Part shown: positions 31,361 to 39,573 of the stretch, in pieces | Layout: each line of letters begins with the position of its first letter | Numbering within the stretch: the stretch's first letter is position 1 | Assembly: GCA_963781555.1 (NCBI GenBank) | Contig: CAWAGB010000003.1 | Coordinates: 72,071 to 136,070, forward strand | Source of the DNA: an uncultured Chloroflexia bacterium | Lineage (GTDB): Bacteria; Chloroflexota; Limnocylindria; QHBO01 | Reading direction: 5' to 3' | Length of the DNA stretch: 64,000 bases | Notes under the pieces: model-generated | What the model saw: the letters and a program-made list of their open reading frames with translations, nothing else | Told to the model about the DNA's origin: nothing | Database searches by the model: none | Made by a program: the position numbers and the translations under genes

Positions 31361-31777
31361 ATGGAGGAGCAGGACATGGATCGAGCCGGCGTCGAACGCT
31401 GGATGGATGCCTACAAGCGTGCCTGGACGACGGACGCGCCGGACGACGTCGCGGCGCTGTTCACTGATGACGTCAGCTACTCACCGTACCCATGGCCGCG
31501 CGGCGAACGCGCATGGAAGGGCCGCGACCTGGTGGTGAGCAAGTGGATCGAGCGTGGCGACTCGGGGTCCGGCTGGCGCTTCGACCACGAGATCGTTGCC
31601 GTCGACGGCGACACCGCGGTGGTCGAGGGCTGGACCTACTACGACCCGACTGAGGAGACGGCGTACGAGGATGCGTACGCCAACATTTTCGTCATCCGAT
31701 TCTCGGACGACGGACGCGCCCGCTCATTCGCCGAATGGTGGGTGCAGCGACCGGTGCCGGAGGCGGACCCGGGCTGA
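31361..31777 (+). CDS. SnoaL/NTF2-like fold protein
   Basis: This is the tail of junk ORF 29057..31777; composition becomes normal from ATG 31361. 'VERWMDAYKRAWTTDAPDDVAALFTDDVSY...' is typical of SnoaL-like proteins. Confidence 0.65.
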   Translation: MEEQDMDRAGVERWMDAYKRAWTTDAPDDVAALFTDDVSYSPYPWPRGERAWKGRDLVVSKWIERGDSGSGWRFDHEIVAVDGDTAVVEGWTYYDPTEETAYEDAYANIFVIRFSDDGRARSFAEWWVQRPVPEADPG

Positions 31778-31788
31778 GCCAGGATGCA

Positions 31789-31820
31789 GAAGGGCCGCCG
31801 CCCAAGGGCGACGGCTCTTC
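31789..31820. terminator. GC-rich hairpin between convergent genes (candidate bidirectional terminator)
   Basis: GAAGGGCCGCCGCC-CAAG-GGCGACGGCTCTTC: a 14-bp stem with one mismatch and one G-U pair. It lies between the stops at 31777 (+) and 31844 (-). There is no clear U-tract. Confidence 0.45.
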
Positions 31821-31843
31821 CGTAGAACGGGTTACGGCGAGGG

Positions 31844-32110
31844 TCAGACCCCGCGGCGACGCCCGGTCATCATCTGGAAGAGGAACACGACGATGATCGC
31901 GCCAACGATGGCAGCGATGAGCGTCGGGATGTTGATGCCGGTGGTCCAGTCCTCGCCAGTCACCTGGGCGAAGATGAAGCCTCCGAGCAACGCGCCGACG
32001 ATGCCGGCGATCAGCCCGCCGATGGGGCCGTAGCCCTCATCACCGGGGACCACCTTGCTCGCGACCCAGCCGGCAATTGCGCCGACGACCAACCATGCGA
32101 TGAGTCCCAT
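31844..32110 (-). CDS. GlsB/YeaQ/YmgE (transglycosylase-associated) stress-response membrane protein
   Basis: 'MGLIAWLVVGAIAGWVASKV...GLIAGIVGALLGGFIF' is the hallmark Gly-zipper small membrane protein. Confidence 0.9.
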   Translation of the reverse strand: MGLIAWLVVGAIAGWVASKVVPGDEGYGPIGGLIAGIVGALLGGFIFAQVTGEDWTTGINIPTLIAAIVGAIIVVFLFQMMTGRRRGV

Positions 32111-32233
32111 TGGTAATCACTACCTCTTGAAATGCCCTGCACGAAATACGTGTCGCAGGGACGAACCCCCCGACAAAGGGTGTGCTGCAGCAAGCAATCG
32201 CAAGTTTGGTACCAATCACTCGATGGCGGTCAC
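32111..32233 (-). promoter_or_regulatory. AT-richer structured leader/promoter region upstream of the glsB-like gene
   Basis: Read on the minus strand, there are duplicated boxes: AGTGATTGGTACCAA (32206-32220) and AGTGATTACCAA (32110-32121). The second box overlaps the spacer between the SD-like AAGAGG and the ATG, and includes the A of the ATG. The first box contains the palindrome TTGGTACCAA. An internal hairpin CCCTGC...GCAGGG is also present. Confidence 0.3.
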
Positions 32234-33187
32234 TCACCCTGCAAGGACGTAGAAGACGCCGAGATCGACGAATCCGGCGGCAGCATACAACGCGTGCGCA
32301 ACCGCCCTCTGCGGTCCCGACTCAAGCACGCAGGCGTAGGCGCCTTCGTCGACGGCCGTCTCGAGTGCCGAATCGAGCAGCGCCGCGCCGATCCGCGAAC
32401 CCCGCGCTCGGTCGGCAACGACCAGCTCGGGGATCCACGCCTGGGGCGCGGGCATGAAGAACGGCCGCCGCAGCACGAGGGTGCAGACGCCCACCACCGC
32501 GCCGTGGCGCACCGCCACGCGGGGCCGAGTCGCAGGATCGCGCAGGTGGTCGGCGAAGATGCGGCGCATCACGGGCATGCGCTCCTCCGCCGGCACGGGC
32601 ACGCCGAGTTCCCCCAGCAGCCTGGTGACCGGCTCAAAGTCATCGGACGTCATGGGTCGCACCTCGACGCCGGCTGCGGGGACCACGCCGCGCCGTGAGA
32701 TCGGGCGGATCTGGAGGTGCAGCCCGGCCTCCGTGAAGCCGAGGGACGCGTAGAGCGTCCGTGCCACCGCGTTGTCCTTCGCCACCTCCAGCATGATCGA
32801 GTCGCCCTGGCGCAGCCGCCACTCCGCGATGCACGCGCGCACCAGGGCGCTGCCGATCCCGCGCCGACCGTGCGCGGGCCGCACGTACAGGTCGGAGAGC
32901 CAGCCCTGGAATCGGCCGTGGCCAAGGCGGCGGCGGAACCAGAACAGGGCCATGCCAGCCGGCTCACCATCTACCAGCGCGAGGAACGGGGTGGCGTCCG
33001 GGCTGTTGACCATCGCGTCGTAGGCGGCACGCAACGGCTCGGCATCGGTCGGCGGAAGGCGATAGAGCTCCCGGGCGAGCTCCAGCGCGACCTCGAAGTC
33101 GTCCCGTGCCAGCGGCCGCAGCTCCACCCCCGGTGGCAGCGGGACGGCCAGCCCGCCCACCGGCCCCTCGGGATTGCCCAGGTTCAT
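32234..33187 (-). CDS. tandem-GNAT (two acetyltransferase domains) protein
   Basis: Two motif-A copies: 'LYVRPAHGRRGIGSALV...AKDNAVARTLYASLGF' and 'LVVADRARGSRIGAALL...QRAVAHALYAAAGF'. ATGA overlap with the upstream crotonase stop. Confidence 0.8.
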   Translation of the reverse strand: MNLGNPEGPVGGLAVPLPPGVELRPLARDDFEVALELARELYRLPPTDAEPLRAAYDAMVNSPDATPFLALVDGEPAGMALFWFRRRLGHGRFQGWLSDLYVRPAHGRRGIGSALVRACIAEWRLRQGDSIMLEVAKDNAVARTLYASLGFTEAGLHLQIRPISRRGVVPAAGVEVRPMTSDDFEPVTRLLGELGVPVPAEERMPVMRRIFADHLRDPATRPRVAVRHGAVVGVCTLVLRRPFFMPAPQAWIPELVVADRARGSRIGAALLDSALETAVDEGAYACVLESGPQRAVAHALYAAAGFVDLGVFYVLAG

Positions 33188-33967
33188 CGGCCGGTGAAGT
33201 CGGGCGTCCGCTTCTCCAGGAAGGCGGCCATCCCCTCCTTCTGGTCCTCGCTGGCGAACAGCAGGTAGAAGAGCCGGCGCTCGTGGGCGAGCGCATCGGT
33301 CAGGCTCATCTCGTACGCCGCGTTGACGGCCTCCTTGGCGAGGCGGAGGGCGAGCGGCGATCGGGTGGCGATGGTTGCGGCGAGGGCGAGCGCGTCCTCG
33401 ACGCACAGCTCGTCATGGGTGACGCGCGCCACCAGGCCGGCCGTTTCCGCGTCGCGGGCCGAGATCGGCTCACCGGTGAGGATCATGGCCATCGCCTTCG
33501 ACTTGCCGATTGCGCGCGTCAGGCGCTGGGTCCCGCCCGCCCCGGGGATGATCCCGATGCTGATCTCCGGCTGGCCGAACTTCGCGCCCTCGCCGGCGAC
33601 GATCAGGTCGAGCGCCATCGCGAGCTCGCAGCCGCCACCCAGGCACCAGCCGTTGACCGCGGCGATCACCGGCTTGCTGATCTTGCGCACGCGGTCCCAC
33701 TGGCCGATGCGGTTGCTGACGCAGCATGTCGATGGGCGTGGCGTCGGCCATCTCACCGATGTCGGCGCCGGCCGCGAAGGCCCGGTCGCTGCCCGTGACC
33801 ACGATGGCGCGCACGTCGTCGTCGCGGTCCAGCTCCTCCAGCGCGGCGCACAGCGCGTCCATGGTCGGGCCGTTCAGCGCATTGAGCTGCTTGGGCCGGT
33901 TGAGGCGGACCAGGGCCGTGCGCTGCTCGGCCTGGCGCTCGACGAGGACGAGCTGCTCGTCGCTCAC
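33184..33967 (-). pseudogene. short-chain enoyl-CoA hydratase (crotonase) with one internal frameshift near 33721
   Basis: The N-terminus 'SDEQLVLVERQ...NRPKQLNALN...VVTGSDRAFAAGADIGEMADATPIDML' is in one frame. The rest, 'VSNRIGQWDRVRKISKPVIAAVNGWCLGGGCELAMALD...EGMAAFLEKRTPDFTGR', is in another. One extra nucleotide at ATG-CTG-C-GTC separates them. Confidence 0.8.
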
Positions 33968-34925
33968 CCCTCCTCCTCGCCGAGGCTGGCGGCAGGCATG
34001 GGTTGCCGCACACCCCGCAGAAGCCGTGGTGCGCCGGCAGGCCGCTGGCCCCGCAGCGCGGGCAGGCGCGGGGGAATGCCTGCCCGAATCGCAGCTCGTC
34101 GAAGCGCGGCGCGCGCTTGTCGTGGAAGGCGGCGACCGCCTCGCGCGTCTCGTCAGAGCCGGAATGGACCGCCAGCCAGTCGCGTGCGTGGGTGATCGTC
34201 CCCGACCAGGCGAGGTCCTTCCAGAAGTTGAGCTGCGCCTTCGTGTAGCGAATCGTCTCGGGCAGCTTGCGGCGGAGCTTGGCCGCCAGGTCCGCCACGG
34301 TCGCGTCGAGCTCCGCCCGCGGCACGACGCGGTTGACCAGGCCCCATTCGAGCGCCTGCGCGGGGCTGATCTTCTCGCACAGCATGATGATCTCGCGGGC
34401 CCGGCGGTCCCCCACCGTTACTGCCAGCCACTGCGTCGCTCCGCCGGCAGGCACCGACCCGTGCTCGGGGCCGACGTGGCGGATGTACGCGTCATCGACG
34501 ATGACCGACAGGTCGCAGGCCAGCTGGAGCTCCTGCCCACCGCCCACGCAGATACCGTTGATGCGCGCGACCGTGGGCTTGCCAATCGTCCGCAGCCGGT
34601 CGTGCATCTCGATGAACGCGCCCATCCAGCGCCAGTACTGGCCGCTCGTGGCGCCGAACGTGGCCTGCTCGTCGAGGTCGGCACCGGTGCAGAAGGCGCG
34701 GTCGCCGGCCCCGGTGATCACGACGCACGACACCGTGTCGTCCCACGACGCGTCCTCGAAGGCGCGCGCCAGCTCCCGCAGGGTGCGGAAGTCGAAGCAG
34801 TTGAGGACGTCGGGACGGTCGATGGTCACCGTGGCGACCCCGGTCTCCGCGTCCTTGGCGTAGCGGATGCGTTCGAATCCGAGGCTCGCCGGGTCGGCCG
34901 GCAGCGGCGCCTCAGGCTCAGTCAT
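33964..34925 (-). CDS. crotonase-superfamily protein (DHNA-CoA synthase/BadI-like) with C-terminal CxxC...CxxC zinc-ribbon tail
   Basis: 'VVITGAGDRAFCTGADL' and 'GKPTVARINGICVGGGQELQLACDL'. The tail is 'ACPRCGASGLPAHHGFCGVCGNP'. As given, the frame runs on as Arg-rich junk to 33753. A 1-nt shift at the C-run near 34000 would give '...NPMPAASLGEEEG*', with its TGA overlapping the next gene's GTG (33964-33967). The 3' end is therefore inferred. Confidence 0.65.
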
Positions 34926-35214
34926 CGGCGACGAAGAGCTCGACCCCGGCCTGGGCGAAGTTGCGCAGGTCCTTGCCGCTCTCGCGTCCCGCGTCGGAGG
35001 CAAGGGCAGCATCCAGGTCGGCGCGCGAGGCGAAGCTCATCTCGGCCATCTGGTAGAAGACCGGATCCTGGCCACCCAACCCGCCCAGGCGGGTGACCTT
35101 CAGGTCCGTCAGCCCCGGATAGCGCTGCACGATGGGGGTGTGCACATCGGCGTAATGGCTGTCGAAGGCCCCCGGATCCGGGGGCTGGCGATAGAGGGCG
35201 ATCAATCGGACCAT
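34918..35214 (-). CDS. EthD family protein
   Basis: 'MVRLIALYRQPPDPGAFDSHYADVHTPIV...' is the typical EthD/TIGR02118-like N-terminus. It overlaps the downstream gene by 8 nt. Confidence 0.75.
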   Translation of the reverse strand: MVRLIALYRQPPDPGAFDSHYADVHTPIVQRYPGLTDLKVTRLGGLGGQDPVFYQMAEMSFASRADLDAALASDAGRESGKDLRNFAQAGVELFVADD

Positions 35215-35223
35215 GCGGATCGG

Positions 35224-35469
<246 letters not shown>

Positions 35470-35541
35470 GGGCCTGCCTCGAACTCCTGAAGTGGGCGGC
35501 GGGTCGGTCCGTCGAGTCTACACCGATGCCACCGCCCTACG

Positions 35542-36420
35542 ATGGAGCGCATGATCTTCGACGACCTCGACCACCGTCCGCTCATCGTGGCGGCCCTGAC
35601 TCCCCTGACCGATGGCGGCGCGCGCCTCGACCTCGACGCCGTGCCCGGCTACGTCGCCTTCCTCGAGTCCCACGGGGCCGACGGCGCGTTCGTGAGCGGC
35701 ACCACCGGGGAGGGCGTGCTGCTCACCCTCGACGAGCGCCGCGCGGCAACGGTGGCGTGGCGCGCGGCGCTGCGCGGCCGGCTGGTGGTCCACGCCGGGG
35801 CGCAGACCACGGCCGACACGGTTGCATTGGCTGCCCATGCCGGCGAGGCGGGTGCGGACGCGGTGGCCGTCATCGCGCCGCCCTACTTCGCCCTCGACGC
35901 GGATGCCCTGACGGCCCATTTCGTGGCCGCCGCTCGTGCGTGCGCCCCGCTCCCCTTCTTCTGCTACGCCTTCGCGGCTCGCTCCGGCTATCCCCTGCCG
36001 GTCGAGGTCATCCGGCGCATCGGCTCGGAGGTCGACAATCTCGCCGGCCTCAAGGTCAGCGAGTCGCCATTCGAGAAGGTCGCACCGTACCTGGAGCTGG
36101 GGCTGCCGGTCCTGATCGGCAGCGAGCCGCTCATCCCGGCGGGGATCGCCGCCGGTGCGCTGGGCACCGTGTCCGGCATGGCCGCCTCGTTCCCGGACGT
36201 CGTGCGCGCCGCGCTCGACGACCCGACGCCGGCCGCCGAGGTGCGCCTCCGCGAGCTGCGCTCCGTCCTTGAGGCGGCGGGCCAGTTCATCGCCGCGGGC
36301 AAGCGCGCCCTGGCGCTCCGCGGCGTGGCGGTCGGCCCCGAGGTGCGCGCCCCGCTGCGCGGCCTGCACGCCGCCGAGGCAGCCGCCCTCGAGGCCGCCA
36401 TCGCGCCCCTCATCGACTAG
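35542..36420 (+). CDS. dihydrodipicolinate synthase / N-acetylneuraminate lyase family (class I aldolase)
   Basis: '[22 protein letters not shown]' motif and the Schiff-base lysine context 'NLAGLKVSE'. Confidence 0.85.
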   Translation: MERMIFDDLDHRPLIVAALTPLTDGGARLDLDAVPGYVAFLESHGADGAFVSGTTGEGVLLTLDERRAATVAWRAALRGRLVVHAGAQTTADTVALAAHAGEAGADAVAVIAPPYFALDADALTAHFVAAARACAPLPFFCYAFAARSGYPLPVEVIRRIGSEVDNLAGLKVSESPFEKVAPYLELGLPVLIGSEPLIPAGIAAGALGTVSGMAASFPDVVRAALDDPTPAAEVRLRELRSVLEAAGQFIAAGKRALALRGVAVGPEVRAPLRGLHAAEAAALEAAIAPLID

Positions 36421-36470
36421 CGGTGGGCGCGGTGGGCGCGGTGGCCAACCTTCGGCGCCACCGGGTTGAG

Positions 36471-37583
36471 CTAGCCGGTCGCCAGCTCGGCCGCCGCCTG
36501 CTGGGCGCGGAGGGTCGCGTACATCGGCTTGATCTGCTCGTTGATGATCCGCAGCCGGCCGTCGAACGGCCAGAAGGCGGACTTCATGGCATTGAGCGTC
36601 AGCCACTCCATCTCGTCCAGGCCGATGCCGAACGCGCGGCCCAGGGTGGCGAATTCGCTGCTCATGGTGATCCCGCTCATGAGCCGGTTGTCGGTGTTGA
36701 CGGTGACCCGGAAGCGCAGCCGGCGCAGCAGCTCGATGGGATGCTCCTCGACCGATGTCGCCGCCCCGGTGTGCACGTTGCTGGTGGGGCACATCTCGAG
36801 CGGCACGCGTCGGTCGCGCACGTACGTCGCCAGGCGACCGAGCGTCACGCGGCCGTCCGGGCGGACGGTGATGTCGTCGACGATGCGCACTCCGTGCCCG
36901 AGCCGCTCGGCGCCGCACCACTGGAGCGCCTCCCAGATGCGACGGCAGACCGAAGCCCTCGCCGGCGTGGATCGTGAAGTGGAAGTTCTCTCGCGCGATG
37001 AGGTGGAAGGCGTCGAGGTGGCGGGTCGGCGGGTACCCGGCCTCCGGCCCGGCGATGTCGAACCCGACCACGCCTTCGTCCCGATGCCGCACCGCCAGCT
37101 CGGCGATCTCGACCGATCGCGCCGCCTGGCGCATGGCGGTGATGATCAGCCCGATGGTGATCGGACGCCCCTCCGAGCCGCGCCGGAAGCCGTCGAGCAT
37201 CGCGGTTGACACCTCGTCGAGGGTCAGCCCGCCATCCGTCAGCAGCTCGGGCGCCATGCGTACCTCGGCGTAGACGACGCCGTCGTCCGCGAGGTCCTCG
37301 GCGCACTCCGCGGCGACCCGCTCGATGGCGTCGCGCGTCTGGAGCACCGCCACGGTGTGCGGAAGCCCTCCAGGTAGAGCTCCAGCGACTTGCGGTCCGC
37401 GCCACGGGTGAACCAGGCGGCCAGCTCGTCGGGGTCGGTGGTGGGCAAGTCCCGGTAGCCAGCTTCGGCGGCGAGCTCCAGCACGGTCCGCGGCCGCAGC
37501 CCACCGTCAAGGTGGTCATGCAGCAGCACCTTCGGTGCGCGGCGCGCGAGGTCCAGGGTCAGGGCGCTGCTCGGTCGCTCCAT
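36471..37583 (-). pseudogene. add: adenosine deaminase with two internal frameshifts (near 37360 and near 36939)
   Basis: Three fragments in three frames. First: '[16 protein letters not shown]...SLELYLEGF'. Second: '[34 protein letters not shown]...[15 protein letters not shown]'. Third: '[22 protein letters not shown]...EMCPTSN...[12 protein letters not shown]'. Joined, they give a complete Add with all metal-binding motifs. Confidence 0.85.
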
Positions 37584-37586
37584 GCC

Positions 37587-38207
37587 TCAGCCACTCTCCC
37601 CGGTGTCGGCGACGGTCCCCATCCCGATGCTCGCCCCGTGGGCGTGGCCACCGGGCGCGGTCGCGGCGTCCTTCATCTCGAACCGCGACGGCGGAGCCGC
37701 GGCGGCATAGCCTGCGATGGTCTCGGGAGTGAGCTCGTAGCCGAACCGGATGGCCGCCACGTTCTCGTCCACGTAGCGCCTGGGGAGCGACTCGCGGATG
37801 GAGGCCTCGTCGAACTCGACCTCTGCCAGCCGGAGCAGCCGCCCCAGCGCGATCATGTTGCCGAAGAGCTCCTTGCCGAAATGCTGCGAGCCCAGCGAGG
37901 CGAACGGGATCTGCTCCTGGCCCGGCAGGCCCAGCCCCAGGTCGGTGATGACGATCTTCCCGGTGATGCGCAGGTGACCGCGGTCGGCGAGCTTGAGCAT
38001 GATGTCCGCCTCCTCGACCACCGGGTTGGCGATCGGCTCGTCGTCGAAGATGAGAAAGGCGTCGGACATGGAGCCGCGCACGCTCGAGTCGTAGTCGAGC
38101 AGGACGGTGACCTCCTTGCCCATCCGAGCCAGGAGCGCGCCCATCACGCCGGCGATGAGGCGCACGCCCTGGCCGCCGACCCCGTCAAGCGCGATCCGGG
38201 TCGTCAT
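37587..38207 (-). CDS. 2-oxoacid:ferredoxin oxidoreductase gamma subunit
   Basis: 'RIALDGVGGQGVRLIAGVMGALL...' is the POR/KOR gamma N-terminus. ATGA overlap with the upstream ORF stop (38204-38207). Confidence 0.85.
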   Translation of the reverse strand: MTTRIALDGVGGQGVRLIAGVMGALLARMGKEVTVLLDYDSSVRGSMSDAFLIFDDEPIANPVVEEADIMLKLADRGHLRITGKIVITDLGLGLPGQEQIPFASLGSQHFGKELFGNMIALGRLLRLAEVEFDEASIRESLPRRYVDENVAAIRFGYELTPETIAGYAAAAPPSRFEMKDAATAPGGHAHGASIGMGTVADTGESG

Positions 38208-38686
38208 TCAGGGTCGATCCCCGCCTCGCGCATCGCGTCATCGAGCGTGATCTCGCGCTTCGCGACCCGCAGCTTCAGCTCGGACGGCAGCTTGCCCATC
38301 AGCGCGGCGCGGCGCAGCGCCTCGGCTCGCTTCGCATCGCCACTGACCGATGGCGGCGCCGCGTCCGCCGCCGTGCGCGGCGCGACCGGCTGGGTATTCC
38401 GACCGCTCGCCGACGGCTCGACGTCGCCGGGCGGCTGCGACACGCCGGGCGGCGCGCTCGCACCGGTGCGCAGCCACTCGGGTATCTCGAGCCCGGCGTC
38501 GGTCAGCGCATCCACGAGCGTGATCTCTCGTTGCGCGACGCGCATCTTCACGTCCGCCGGGAGCTTGCCCATGAGCGCGGCGCGCTCCTGGGACTCGGCC
38601 CGGCGGCGCGCCTTCTCGTCGTCGCTGGCCGGTGCCTTTGGAGCAGCCGCAACGGTGGCTCCCGGGGAGTCGGTCGCCGAGGACAT
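38204..38686 (-). CDS. Pro/Ala-rich protein carrying two ~45-aa helical repeats; either a separate ORF or a C-terminal extension of KorB (junction unresolved)
   Basis: This frame ends in a 4-nt overlap with the korG start, so it is very likely translated. It contains '...RAALMGKLPADVKMRVAQREITLVDALTDAGLEIPE' and '...RRAALMGKLPSELKLRVAKREITLDDAMREAGIDPE'. The first in-frame ATG is at 38686. The frame is open up to 38812, overlapping the korB tail. Confidence 0.4.
   Translation of the reverse strand: MSSATDSPGATVAAAPKAPASDDEKARRRAESQERAALMGKLPADVKMRVAQREITLVDALTDAGLEIPEWLRTGASAPPGVSQPPGDVEPSASGRNTQPVAPRTAADAAPPSVSGDAKRAEALRRAALMGKLPSELKLRVAKREITLDDAMREAGIDPE
38207..38341 (-). repeat. protein-level repeat copy 2 (AKRAEALRRAALMGKLPSELKLRVAKREITLDDAMREAGIDPE)
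   Basis: By eye, roughly two-thirds of positions are identical to copy 1 across about 40 aa. Confidence 0.7.
38477..38620 (-). repeat. protein-level repeat copy 1 (EKARRRAESQERAALMGKLPADVKMRVAQREITLVDALTDAGLEIPE)
   Basis: See copy 2. The two copies are separated by a Pro/Ala/Ser-rich linker. Confidence 0.7.
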
Positions 38687-38753
38687 CGGTCCGGCCGGCT
38701 GCACGGGCAGCGCCGCCGGGCGCTGCGCATCGGCTCTGATCGTGCCCGTTGCG

Positions 38754-39525
38754 GGAAGGATGCTCGGCGGGATACACGATCCCGATCTCGAACGGGTTGA
38801 GCTGCGTCGCATCCTTCGCCGCGCGCTTGTACGTCTTGCGGTAGAACGTGAGCATGTCGTTGGCGTTGCCGAAGCCGATGCGCCGCCCGTTGTTCTCGAT
38901 GCACTGGCTCGTGATGTCGACGAAGCTGAAGCCGTCCCACTCGATCGCCTCTTTGATGGCGTTCCGCATGTGGAGCTGGTGGTACACGGTCGTCTTCGCG
39001 TACAGGCTGTGCGGCGACGAGCGCACCAGGCCCTGGAGGTTGATCGGCGTGTTCGGGTTGCCGCCCGGCGAGGAGAGCGTCTTCGTGCCGGTCGGCGTGG
39101 TGGGACCGGTCTGGCCGCCGGTCAGGCCGTAGATCTCGTTGTTGTTGCAGAGCACGGTGACGTGCGCGTTCCGGCCGGATGGCGTGGATGAGGTGGTTGC
39201 CGCCGATGCTCGCCGTGTCGCCGTCGCCGGCGACCACGATGACGTTGAGCTCCGGGCGCACCGTCTTGATCGCCTCGGCCACCGGCAGCGTGCGGCCGTG
39301 GAGGGTGTAGACGGCCTCGTGCTTGAGGTAGCCGCCCATCCGCCCGGTGCAGCCGATGCCGGTGACGATGACCGTGTTCGTTTCGTCGAGCCCCATGTCG
39401 TCGAGGACCATCGCCAGCTGCATCATGATCGTGCCGATCCCGCAGCCCGGGCACCAGATGGTCGGGAACAGCTCGACCTTGAGGCGGTCCTTGTAGGTCA
39501 TCTCGGCCATGACGAGCTCAGGCAT
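38754..39525 (-). pseudogene. 2-oxoacid:ferredoxin oxidoreductase beta (TPP-binding) subunit, frame broken near 39172-39178; 3' end unresolved
   Basis: One frame holds 'TIWCPGCGIGTIM...GIGCTGRMGGY...VVAGDGDTASIGGNHLIHA'. The next holds '(R)RNAHVTVLCNNNEIYGLTGGQTGPTTP...NPFEIGIVY'. An extra C in CGG-C-CGG separates them. After 'GIVY' the frame degenerates into Arg/Gly junk, so the true C-terminus is unclear. Confidence 0.8.
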
Positions 39526-39548
39526 GCGATGGCCCCGCCGGCCCGGAG

Positions 39549-39565
39549 GTATATACGGTATATAC
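39549..39565. repeat. two adjacent 8-bp palindromes GTATATAC-G-GTATATAC in the korA-korB spacer
   Basis: Read directly from 'gaggtatatacggtatatacgctgg'. This is an extreme AT-rich outlier for this window. On the mRNA it can form GUAUAU-ACCGU-AUAUAC. Confidence 0.8.
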
Positions 39566-39573
39566 GCTGGCCA

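Noticed and set aside
36421-36463. Threefold 9-nt tandem CGGTGGGCG / CGGTGGGCG / CGGTGGCCA, plus a 7-bp hairpin (CGGTGGC...GCCACCG), between the convergent DHDPS-like and add genes.
   Set aside because: It is short and imperfect. Most simply it is slippage in a GC-rich spacer or a weak terminator hairpin. Nothing suggests a CRISPR-like or functional repeat array.
35518-37353. 611-aa minus-strand ORF spanning the add region and the DHDPS-like gene.
   Set aside because: Only its first ~140 codons (the middle fragment of adenosine deaminase) look real. The remainder is Arg/Gly/His-rich read-through antisense to the plus-strand DHDPS-family gene.
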